64,000 nt of DNA from Rebecca billardiae RCC1528. Lineage: Eukaryota; Protista; Haptophyta. The stretch lies in assembly GCA_965240325.2 (NCBI GenBank), contig OZ251223.1:1-64000 (forward strand), read 5' to 3'. Shown here piece by piece: positions 53,816 to 64,000 of this stretch (position 1 is its first letter; the number at the start of each line of letters is the position of its first letter). The notes beneath the pieces were generated by a model. It was not told the origin of the DNA, searched no databases, and worked only from the letters and a program-made list of their open reading frames with translations. The translations under genes were made by a program, and so were the position numbers.

Positions 53816-56800
53816 ATGATGAACACCCGCCCGCGAGAAGGGCCGCGCTCTGCCCCGGCTCCGCGCGCCAAGTGGGCCGCCCCGCGCGCGGCCGAGGACG
53901 AGCAGCCGCCGCCCCGCGCGGAGCGCGTGCGCCGCGGCGCGATGGACGACGAGGGCGGCGCCGAGGACGAGGAGCTCTGCCGCGTGTGCCGCGGCCCCGC
54001 CGAGCTCGGCGCGCCGCTCTACTGCCCGTGCCTCTGCAGCGGCTCGATGAAGCACGTGCACGAGGACTGCCTCGCGCGCTGGCTCGCGGTGAGCAAGTCG
54101 AGCGCGTGCGAGATCTGCAAGGCGCCGTTCGAGTTCACCGCGCTGTACGCCGAGGAGGCGCCCGCGCGGCTGCCCGTCCGCGTGCTCGCCCTCGGCCTCC
54201 TCGCGCGCGCCGCGCGTACGGTGCCGCCAGCGCTGCGCGCGCTGCTCACCGCCGCCGTGTGGCTGCTGCTCGTGCCGCTCGCCACGTCGGCGCTGGCGAG
54301 CATGTGCTTCGCGCCGAGCTTCGTGAGCATGCTCTTCGGCATCCTCGCCCGCCTCCGCGCGCCGCCCACGCTCCTCGACCTCGCGTCCGCCGCGTCGCAC
54401 GGCGCATGCCTCAACATGCTCGTGCTCGGCGCGCTGGTGCTGGCGGAGGCGCTGCGCGTGGCGGTGCTCGGCGTGGCGGCGGAGGTGCAGGGGCAGGCGG
54501 AGGGCGCGGGGCCGGGGCAGCCGGGGCAGCCGCCGGGGCAGCCGCCGCGCGCGCCGCGCGCGCCGCAGCCGCAGCCGCAGCCGCAGCCGCAGCCGCAGCC
54601 GCAGCCGCAGCCGGCCGGCGCGGCGCAGCAACAGCCGCGAGAGCCGCCGGTGCAGCCGGCGCACGAGGCGGCGCGCCGACGCGCCGAGGGCGAGGACGCG
54701 CACCACACGCCGCTGCTGCCGCCGGCGAGCCTGAGCGCGCGCGCGCTGCCGCCGCGCGCAACGCAGCCGAGCGCACGGCCGCACGCGCAGGCGGCAGAGG
54801 CGGAGGCGGAGGCGGAGGCGGAGGCGGAGGCGGAGGCGGAGGCGGAGGCGGAGGCGGAGGCGGAGGCGGAGGCGGAGGCGGAGGCGGAGGCGGAGGCGGA
54901 GGCGGAGGCGGAGGCCCGCGGCGGTGCCGGCGCGGCGCTTGGCGCGTGCGGCGCGGCGGGCGGCTCGCGCGTTACGGCCGACGCCACGGCGCCTCCCCCT
55001 GAGCAGCGCACGCCGCCGCCGCCCGAGCAGCCCAGCCCGGCGCGCGGCGGCGGCGCGCCCGCGGCCGAGCGCGCGCCGCCGCCGACGCCCGCCGAGCGCG
55101 CCGCCAGCGCCGCCGCACTCCGCCGCTCCCGAGCGGCCGAGCTGGCGCGCGCGCACGCGCCGGCGGCGGCGGCGGCGGGCGTGGCGTCCGAGGACGCGGC
55201 GGGGCCACTCCCGCCGCCGCCGCGCGCGCGCGCGCACGCGCCCGCCCCGGCGCGCGGCGCGGACGACGACGACGACGACGGCGGCGGCGCGCGTGCGGAG
55301 CGCGCGGCCGCGCACGCGCGTCCGCACGCGGGCGGCGCGCGCGGCGCGCTGGTGACGCGCACGGCCGTGGTCGATTGCGAGGCGGCGGCGGGTGGCGGTG
55401 CGGCGGCGTGCGCGCCGGCCGACGCGCGCGCGGCCGCGCCGTCGGCGTCGGCGTTGCCGCCGCCGCCACCGCCGCCGCCGCCGCTGCAGCCGACGCCAAG
55501 CGGCGCACCGGCGCCCGCGCCGCCGCGCTTGCCGCTGCCGCCGACGCCGCCGACGCCGCCGACGCCGACGCCGACGCCACCGACGCTGCCGCCGCCGCCG
55601 ACGGCGGCGGCGGCGCAGCCGCAGCCGCGTGGGCTGTCGGAGCAGGCGCGCGCCGTGGCCGCGCCGCTGCCCGCGCCGCGCTCGCCAAGCGCGCGCGCGC
55701 CCGCGGCCGAAGGCGGCGCGAGCGCGCCCGCCGCGTCGGCGCCGCCGGCCGCGGCCGCGGCCGCCGGCGCGCCCGCGAGCGCGGCGCGGGCGCCCTCGCC
55801 GCCGGGCGCGCGCGGCGGCGCGGCGGCGCCGGGCGGCGGCCTGGCGCTCATCCCCGCCGCGCCGCCGCGCGCCGCGCTCGGCGGCGCGGCGCGCGACGAG
55901 GCGGTCGCTGCGGCGATCGCCGCGACGCGCGAGGCTGCGCAGCGCTCGGCCGCGGCGGTCGCGGCGTTCACAGCGGCGGCGGAGGCGGGCGGCGGCGAGG
56001 TGCCCGCGGCGCTGCTGCTGGCGGAGGCGGAGGCCGCGCGCGCCGCCGTCGAGCAGGCCGTCGCCGCGATGGCGCGCGCCGACCTCGGCATCGACATGGC
56101 CGTGCTCGCAGCAGCGGACGCGCGCGAAGCCACGCACGTTGCGCGCCGCGCGGTCGCCGAGGCCGCGCTGCCGCCGCCGCCCGCTCCGGCGGCGGGGCCG
56201 GGCGGGCCGCCGGCGGCTGGCGGCGGCGACGACGCGCTCGAGCCGCCCGAGCCCCCGCCGCCCGCGCTCGCCGACGTGCTCGGCCTCCGCGGCCCCGTGC
56301 ACGAGCTCCTCGAGGGCGCGCTCGCTGTGCTCGTCTGCCACGGCGCGCTGTTTCTGCTGCTGCTGTGGGCGCCGCTGCAGGCGGGGCGCGCGCTGCTGCC
56401 GAGAGCCAGGGCGAGGGGCGAGGGCGCGAGGCGCGCGGCGTGCGCGCTGGGCGCGCGGCTCGCGCGCGCCGCCGCGCGCGCCGCGCGCGCCGCCGCCCGC
56501 GCGCTCGCGCCCGACGCCGCCGGCGCGGACGCGGAGGGCGCGGCGCGCGGCGCGTGCGAGCCGTCGCCGCCGCCCTTTGCTGCGGCCGCGGCGGCGGCGG
56601 CCGCGGCGGCGGCGGCGCAGTGCGCGGCGGACGGGCGCGGCGCGCTGGCGCACGTGCTCGCCGAGGGCGCGCGCGAGCTCGGCGAGCGCGCCGCCGCCGC
56701 CGCAGCCGCCGCAGCCGCCGCAGCCGCCCCGCCTGGCCTCGGCGGCGCGGCGGAGGCGCCGCCGCCGCCGCCGCCGACGCCGCCGCTGGCCGCCGCCGCC

Positions 56801-59711
56801 GCCGCCGACGCCGCCGACGCCGCTGACGCGCCTTCCGCCGGCGTCGACGCCGGCGGCGGCGGCGGCGCGGATGCGGAGGGCGCGGGCTGGTCGGGCGGCC
56901 CGCTCCACTTCAACACCACCCTGCTCGTCGACACCGTCACGTGGATCTCCGCGTGCGGCGGCGACAGCGCGCACGCGCTCGTGAGCGCCGCGGGCGTCGT
57001 CGTCGGCCGGCACGGCCACGGCATCGTGATCGGACGGCCGCTGCTCGACGTGGCGGACGGCGGGGAGTGCGCGTGGGCGGAGTGGGTGACGGGCGTGGTG
57101 GCGGTGAACGGCGTGCCCGTCGCCGAGCTGCTCACGCCCACCGCCGCCGACCTCGAGGCGCTCACCGTCGGCTACGCCGTGTACGGGGCGGCCGCGTGCG
57201 TCGCGCTCGTGTGCCTGGCCGCGCTCGCGGCGTGCGGACGCTCAGCGCGCGCGGCGCGCGTGCTGCGCGCGGCGGTGTCGGGCGCGCGCGCGGCGGCGCT
57301 CGTCGTGCGGTACGCGCTCTCCGTCGGCGCGTCGCTCGCCGCGCTGCCCCTCGTCGTCGGCCTCGGCGTCGACCTGTGCACCCTGGGCGCGCTCGGCGGC
57401 ACGGTGGGCGGGCGCGCGGCGCTGTGCGCGCGCGCGCCCGGCGCGTGCGTCGGCGCGCACTGGGCGGGCGGGCTGCTCGCGCTGCTCGCGGTGTGGGCGG
57501 GCTTCGACGCGTTGCGCCCGGCGCTGCGCCCCGAGCTCGCCGAGCCGCTCGGCGCCGTGCTCGGCGCCGGCCTCGCCGTCCTCGGCGCCGAGCAGCGGCC
57601 GGGGCCGGGCGGCGCGCGCGGCCTCGCGCTGCTGATCGCGTCGTGCGCGACGCTCTCGCTGGTGGCGGTGTGGCTGCTGCTCGCGCCGACGGCGGTGCTG
57701 CGCGCGGTGTGGCCGTCGGCGCTGCCGCTGCGGCTGCGCCTCGCCGAGCCCGCCTCCGAGCTCCCCGCCGACCTCGTCCTCTTCCACGTCCTCCTGCCAC
57801 TCACGCTCGAGCACGCGCGCGTCGGCGCGCACGCGGCGCGCGCCGCGCGCGCCGCGCTGCGCGCCGCGTGCGCGGCGTGCGGCCTCGACGCGGTGCTGCT
57901 CGCGCCGGCCGAGGGCGCGGGCGCGGGCGCGGGCGCGCGCGCGCCGCCGCTCGCCGGGCCGGGCGGCGCGCCGCACGCGCCAGCCGGTGGCGGGCGCGCG
58001 GGCGCGGCGCCGCCGCCGGCGCGCGAGCGCACGCCGCGCCGCCGGCCGTGGCGCGTGGAGGCGCGCGCGGCCGCGCTGCTGCTGCTGCTCGGCGGCGGCG
58101 GCGTGGTGTGCGCCGCGGCGGCGCTCGGCGTGCCGCTGCTCACCGGCCGCGCCGCGCTGCGCCTTGCCGGCGTGCGCGCGCCCAACGACCTGCACGCCCT
58201 CGCGTGCGGCGGCTACGCGCTGTGGGGCGGCGCGCTCGGCAGCCGCGCCGCGCGCGCGCTCGCGCGCTGGCGGCCGCGCCGCGACGCGCTCGAGCTCGCG
58301 AGGGCGCGGCTGTGGGCGGCGCTGGAGGTGGGCGCGCTCGCGCTCGCGTGGCTCGGCGCGCTGCCGCTCATGGTGCGCGCGCGCGCGCGCGTGCGCAACC
58401 GCGCCGTCGCGCGGCCGCGGGCTCGCCGGGCTCGGCGGCGCACAGAGCGAGCCGCGCGCCGCGCGCCGCGCGCGCCGCGCCGCGCGCGCCGCGCCGCGCC
58501 GCCTCGGTCCCACCCGCCCCGCCCCGCCCGTGCGCATGTGCCCCACCCCTCACCCTCACCCTCACCTCCCGCCCGTGCGCATGCGCCCTGCGCGCGGCAG
58601 GTGGGCTTGCTCTTCGAGCTGCTCGTGCTCGCGCCGCTCAAGGTGCCGCTGGGGCAGAGCCCGCTGCTTGCGCCCGTGCACGACTGGGCGCTGGGGCTGC
58701 TCTACTGCAAGGTGCTGCACGCGCGCTGCAGGCGGGGGCACGCGCACGCGCCTTGCCCACGGGGGAGCGCGGGGGGAGCTGTGGTGTGGGCGGAGTGCGA
58801 GGAGCGGGGCGGGGACGGCGCGGCGCGAGAGTCCGTGCCGCGGCCGCCGTGTCGTTCGCCCCGGCCGCCCGCCCGCCCGGGGCGCGCGCGGCGGGGCCCC
58901 TGTGCAAAGGCTGGCTGGCGCGGGCTGACTCTCAACTCCCATCACGCCCGTCACGCCCTTCGCTCCGATGCCCCGCGCTGCCCTCGCAGGTGTCGGTGCG
59001 GCTGCTGCTGCTGGACTGGGGGCGGCGGCACCCGTGGCGGCCGCTGCTCGAGCGCGCGCTGGCGCAAGGCCTGGACGCGGAGATGCGCCGCAGGCTAGGC
59101 GGGGAGGTCGTCGCCCCGAGCGCGTGGCTGCTGCTCCGGCTGCTGGCGGTACCGTACGCACTCACGCACGGTGCGCGCGGCGGCGGCGCCGCCGGCCTGT
59201 GCGCAGAGCGGCGGCGCACGCGCGCCGCTGCCCTGCCCTGCCGCGCACCGCGCCGCCCGCCTCTGCCTCCGCCCGACAGCTCGCGGCGGAAGCGGCCGCG
59301 CGGGGCAGCGCGCGCACGCGCACTCGGCCCAGCCTGACCCAGCCCCGGCCAACCCCTGCGCGCACGCTCCTCCGCACGCGCGCGCTAACCCTAACCCTAA
59401 CCCTAACCCTGTCCCTGCGCGCGCGCTCCTCCGCACGCGCGCGCGGCGCGCGCGCCGCGCCGCGCCGTCGACATGGCGTGCGTGCGTGCGCGCGCAGGCG
59501 TGCTCAGCGGCCTGCCCCTCGCGCCAGGCACGCACGCGCTGCTGCGGCGCTACGGCTGGCACGTGGCCGTGGGCGCGGTGCTCAGCGTGCACGCCACCGC
59601 GGCGGTGCGCCAGTGCGCGCGCGCGCTGCACAACTCGATCCGCGACGAGGCCTACCTCATCGGCCGCCGTCTCAACAACCACTCCAAGCACGCGGGGCAC
59701 GCGGCGGCCGC

Positions 59712-59750
<39 letters not shown>

Positions 59751-59958
59751 CACCGAGCGCGACGGCGCCGCGCAGTCTGAGCAGGCCGAGCAGCGTGGTG
59801 CCACACGTGCACCCGCAGCCGCCGCGGGCGAGGCCGGTGACGCTGCGCGCGCTGCCCAGCCGACCGAGCTGGCCGAGGCGGAGGCGCCCAACGCGACGGC
59901 GGCGGGCGCGCACGTCGTCACTACCGCCGCGTCGAGCGCGGCAGACGGTGAAGACTGA
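53816..59958 (+). CDS. MARCHF6: DOA10/MARCHF6/SUD1-type ER-membrane E3 ubiquitin ligase, ~1770 aa as modelled
   Basis: N-terminal RING-CH CRVC...PCLCSGSMKHVHEDCLARWL...CEICK, many TM segments, ELPADL, DWALG and C-terminal HNSIRDEAYLIGRRLNN. Exons 53816-58372, 58601-58711, 58990-59170 and 59498-59958. Alternative start at 53942; further introns in the low-complexity part are possible. Confidence 0.88.
54797..54916 (+). repeat. (GAGGCG)19 + GAGGCC microsatellite encoding (EA)20
   Basis: Perfect hexamer run in the MARCHF6 reading frame; a (CAGCCG)n PQ run lies at ~54566-54613. Confidence 0.9.
59385..59410 (+). repeat. Intronic telomere-type (CCCTAA)n tract
   Basis: CTAACCCTAACCCTAACCCTAACCCT inside intron 59171-59497. 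Confidence 0.9.
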
Positions 59959-60974
59959 CGATGCTGATATATATATATGGCGCGGGTTGGCGCTGCGCGT
60001 CAACTTGCCAGGCTGGAAACCTACTGTTGTTTTAACGCCGCCTGATATTGATGATATGTGTGATGGCTCGCGGCCGGTGGCTCGAGCTCGGAACTTCTGA
60101 TGACGCTGCCATCATGGGCGCAAGCGACGGCGCAGGCGGCGGCGGGGCTGACGACGCGCGCGCGTCGGTCGGCACGTCTGACTCTGAGCACGGAGTGCGC
60201 GCTGCAATGACGACTGGCCCGCCTCCAGCACCACGCCCCGCACGGTGAGTGAGGGTGTGGCCCGTGCCCAAGCGAGAAAGGGGGCGGCACACTTTGCCGT
60301 CCGCCGATCAGCCTGCGTCCGCCTGCTGCAGCTCGTGGCCGGAACACGCGGTCGCGCGCGCGCGCGTGGATGGAGGGCGGACCGGCCGCGCATGCGCCCG
60401 CCGCGTGTGTCGCTTCACGCGCTGGCACCGCACGCGAGCCGCTCGTCACGCGCAGTGCAGCTCGAGCACTCCGTCGCCACTCGGACTCAGCCGGCGCCTC
60501 ATGCGCTCGTGAGTCATGACACTCAGAGCGGAGGCAGTGCGCGCCCGCCGCGCCGCCCGAGCCGGCGTGTTCGCGCGCGAGTGCGTGCAGCGTGGTGGAC
60601 AGCCTTGCGCACGTGCGCCCGCCGCGCGCGCCGCCTCGCCCGCTGGCGCCGCCCGCGAGCCGCTCGTCGCGACCGACCGACGACAGCCGTCAAGCTCGCC
60701 CCTCGTCGGCTTCCTGGGACGTCGCGAGGTGAGCCGAGGCTTCGCAAGAGGCGGCCGAGACTGCTCCAAGTCGCGGTCGAGGAGCTGCAGCTGCTTGCGC
60801 CGCTCGCGCGGGACGAGTTCCGCGCGGTGGCGCACCGCACCGTTGCTTATCTGAAGTCGTGGGCGCGTCCATTTCTCGCTAATAGATGTCTCTTTGCGGT
60901 CTCAAAATTCGAAACTCGGTCTCTTCCAGCCTTGGAAATCGTCCCCCGTCCCTTTTTTCTTGATCAAAGTCATA

Positions 60975-62917
60975 GCCTGGTCCAAACGCACTGGAGCACT
61001 TTCGGGGATTTTATCGCCAAATGAACGCGGGCCCCTAGGCACGCGCTCACACCCGGAAACAGCGTAACAAATGGGCCCAGCCCGGGCGCAGCAAAAGTTT
61101 CGGCCTAAAAATCGCATCCGTGGCCCGTCGTGAGCGTGCGCGCGCGCGCCGCGGACAACTACGGACACATAGAGAATCGTCAGTCCGAATGTGGGTAATT
61201 ACTTAGCCGAAATGAGCCCAAACGCACGAACTTACTTATTGGCGTACGTCGAGGCGAGCATGAACCCTGGTACAGGCCATTAGGATGGGCTGTGGTCTGT
61301 GCGCAAGTGGCCGTACTCAACTACTGCAAGATCGACTATATTACCCATTTATACCCGCATATTATGGGCAATGTACCCGCATAAGTATGAGTTCTGAACC
61401 TGTATAATTAAAATGCCACTATGTCGTTACATATTCGCCATAGGTGGGTAGCTGTCCCAGGCTGCACGATTAGTGCGGCGCTCGGGGTGCAGTGGTCGGA
61501 CGAGGCTCCGCCTGGCCTTCCGCGCACTCCTGCAGACAAGAAGAGGGCCGGACTCCCACCCGGCCAGGCGTGCGGCAGTCGGTCAGGTGCTGGACCTGGT
61601 CTGGAGACCATCTCCTGCGTGGCAACTGGCCGATCTGCGGCACAACGCGCGCCGCCGTGAGCCACACGGCAGGTTCGCAATGGATCCGGATCGCGTGTCC
61701 ATGGCGGCGTGCATCGAGTCATTCAAGCTGTCAAGTCGCGTGCCACGCCCGCCCTTTCACTTGGGGCATCAGTACTGCCTACAACGACGACATGTGCGTC
61801 CTTAGATGAGGCATAATCGCGATTCTAGCTGCCCGTCCAAGGGTCAGATCGCACGTCTTTGCTCGCCCGACAGCCTCAACGGCGGACTGATGTGATCCGC
61901 GGGTGACGATGCGACCGCTTCGAGTGCGCCTACGGCCACCACCGGGGTGGGGATCGTTCATGGGCACCCCCTGCGTGCCATGACATGCTCTGGCCGTGCG
62001 TGGTGACTTGGCCCACCGCGCGTAAACGGGAAAGACACCCGAGCACGTGCTTCCGAGCCACCCGAATGGCACAATGTGCCACCCATGGACACCAAACACG
62101 TGCCAGAGCGCGAGCCTTGCGTGCTGGAGTAGCCGCACGACACCAAGGAAGACGTATGAGCGCTCTCAACCATCTTCAAGCGACGACTCCGTCGACTCTG
62201 CCTCGCAGACCGCGGTACGATCCTCGACCTTGTGCTCGCAGCAAAGGCCATGACGGTAAAGCAGCACCCAGGCGATGGGAGTCAGCCGGCAGCCACTACA
62301 CTGCGACTGTACACACCCAGCCCCGCAAGGCGAGCCATCCTGCTCGCCACCAGCCCGTCATACAGCTCCACGAGGAGCACAAATCGACAGCCGCCGCTCA
62401 GGACGACCCATGCGCGAACGTGACGGGACTGGCCGGATGAAGCGTTGGCGATGCGCAGCGCGCCCAACGCTGGTGGTGGCATCGAATACATGCTAGGGGT
62501 AGGCTTAGGCCGACACGAGCGGTCACGTGGCCCGCATCTGGCCCAAACTGGCCCGTCTCGAAGGCGCGGCGCAACCCAGCAGCTGAGCGTTCGACGCGCG
62601 CCGTCAGGCGAGAAGTTGACCTGGCGACGGACCGCGGGCGGCGGAAGCAACGCAGACATGTCGCTCAAGGTGTGCACGCACACCGCCGGGGCACCCGAAC
62701 GATGCGTCCAGCACTACACCCGACATGAGGCGGCGCAGTCGTCCAGTCGAGGCTCTCGAGCCCCTTCCCGACCTTCGTCGCGGCGAGCCGTCGGACGGGC
62801 GGGACGGCCGGTGGCGATTTTTGACGAGCGCGACGAGCGACGAGAAAAATCGGGAGAAATCAGGCGCCCAAAATCCGAAAAGGCTTTTTCACTGGCGAAA
62901 ATCGGGATGGACCAGGC
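60975..62917. mobile_element. Putative non-autonomous TIR DNA transposon (1.94 kb) nested in an older repeat
   Basis: ATAGCCTGGTCCA (60972-60984) is the reverse complement of TGGACCAGGCTAT (62908-62920), i.e. a 10-bp TIR plus TA duplication. The flanks join into a homolog of 26460-26696. No transposase recognised. Confidence 0.65.
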
Positions 62918-63000
62918 TATCAGACAAAGATCTTTTTGAAACGTGGTTAGGGCCCACGGAGCGGGCTCCACGCTGCGCGTTCCGCCCTGCACCGCGGGCC

Positions 63001-63072
63001 ATTAATATATATTTTAAACATATATTATTAATATCAACATATATATTAATATATGTATTAATATATAAATAG
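63001..63072. repeat. AT-rich island abutting the repeat terminus
   Basis: ~70 bp almost entirely A/T directly after ...CACCGCGGGCC. Confidence 0.8.
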
Positions 63073-64000
63073 CTAGTTGCGCATCAATACCGCGGACTCG
63101 CGGCGACTCGAGCCTTCGGACGACCGACACTGAAAGTGAGTTCGGACCGGCAACCATCGGCATGTGACTCAGGCGCTGCGCCGCGAGCGGCGAGGCGGGC
63201 CCTGGCAGGGCCTTCATGCCAGGCCTCGCAGGCGGATGACGGCTGAATGACGAAGTAGTATTTTCCGACGCGGCGCGCGACCATCGGCGACTTAATCATC
63301 ATGGGCGGAGACCAACAGTCGGCGGGCGTCACTTCTGCTTCATCTTGCCTCGGCCTGAGTCAGCCTGATTTAGTGTGCGCCTGGCTTATTCATAGTGACG
63401 ACGAATAGTGTAATCTCGCCTGCCTTGTATTCTTCCGGTAAATCGTAACTAGACGTAGTCGCGCTCCAGCAGCTCAAGGCCGCGCTCAAGCTTTACGATC
63501 GCGGTGCAGCAGGCTATGCTCTGCCACCGCCAACGCCGACTTCGTGTCGACGATCGGGCACTGCCGCCGACGAATCACGAATCAGGTGACCCGCGTCGTC
63601 CCGCCACCTGTGTCGTGCAATCATAGAATGAGTACTATATGGTGGATACGGGCTAACTGGACACAGGGGTTACTCTGGATGGACACTCAGCGGGCTGCAG
63701 CCTCGTGGCGAGGGCTCGTGGGTGAACGAGCACGAGCGCCCACTGGCACCGTGGCGGGTCGCCACCACCGCGGGACGGCGCACGATGAGCCTCGCTCGGA
63801 ACTCACCGACACCTGGTCGTCGTGGCAGACGTCGTCGGCGCACGCGCCAGGTCGCGCCTCTCGCCGCTGACTAGCGCCTTGTTTCGTAAGTTCCGCGCAC
63901 AAGGCCGAACGCCAGCGTTTCAAGCCGAGACTCGTGCGCGGACTCAGGAAGGGCGGACTCCGAGGCAAGGCGCGGTTGCGCTGGCGGGTAGGTCCCGATA

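Noticed and set aside
51438-59410. Chromosome end or telomere fusion point
   Set aside because: The TTAGGG tracts are under 50 bp, lie 8 kb apart inside an intact exon and an intron, and gene structure continues across them.
61000-64000. Transposase or other CDS within and after the nested element
   Set aside because: Only short ORFs without DDE, RT or other recognisable motifs; a decayed gene cannot be excluded without a search.

Overview
Very GC-rich eukaryotic nuclear DNA. Short GC-rich GT-AG introns (mostly GTGCGC donors), TTAGGG repeats and a signal+transit-type presequence suggest a haptophyte-like alga such as Pavlovales (inference). About 13 protein genes are supportable: an extensin-like Ser-Pro(n) protein running off the left edge, a membrane RING-CH E3, two intact F-box/RCC1 genes plus a frameshifted third, a class I/II aminotransferase, a ~4750-aa sacsin-RING protein, a Pro/Gln-rich orphan, a mitochondrial 2Fe-2S ferredoxin, a RAP-domain protein, an MRS2/CorA Mg2+ transporter, a small membrane protein, a membrane-anchored multidomain papain-family protease and a DOA10/MARCHF6 E3. 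There is also one tRNA-Glu(CTC) with a non-canonical C33. Intergenic DNA holds several non-autonomous TIR elements, one of them nested and one carrying gene-like cargo. The most striking structures are a ~3.4-kb palindrome made of a gene and its pseudogene with patchwork arm identity, a near-identical 1.75-kb homogenised segment inside sacsin, and telomere-type repeats inside a coding exon and introns. Most long ORFs in the supplied track are GC-driven antisense or off-frame shadows. All family assignments come from motifs read by eye; no searches were run.
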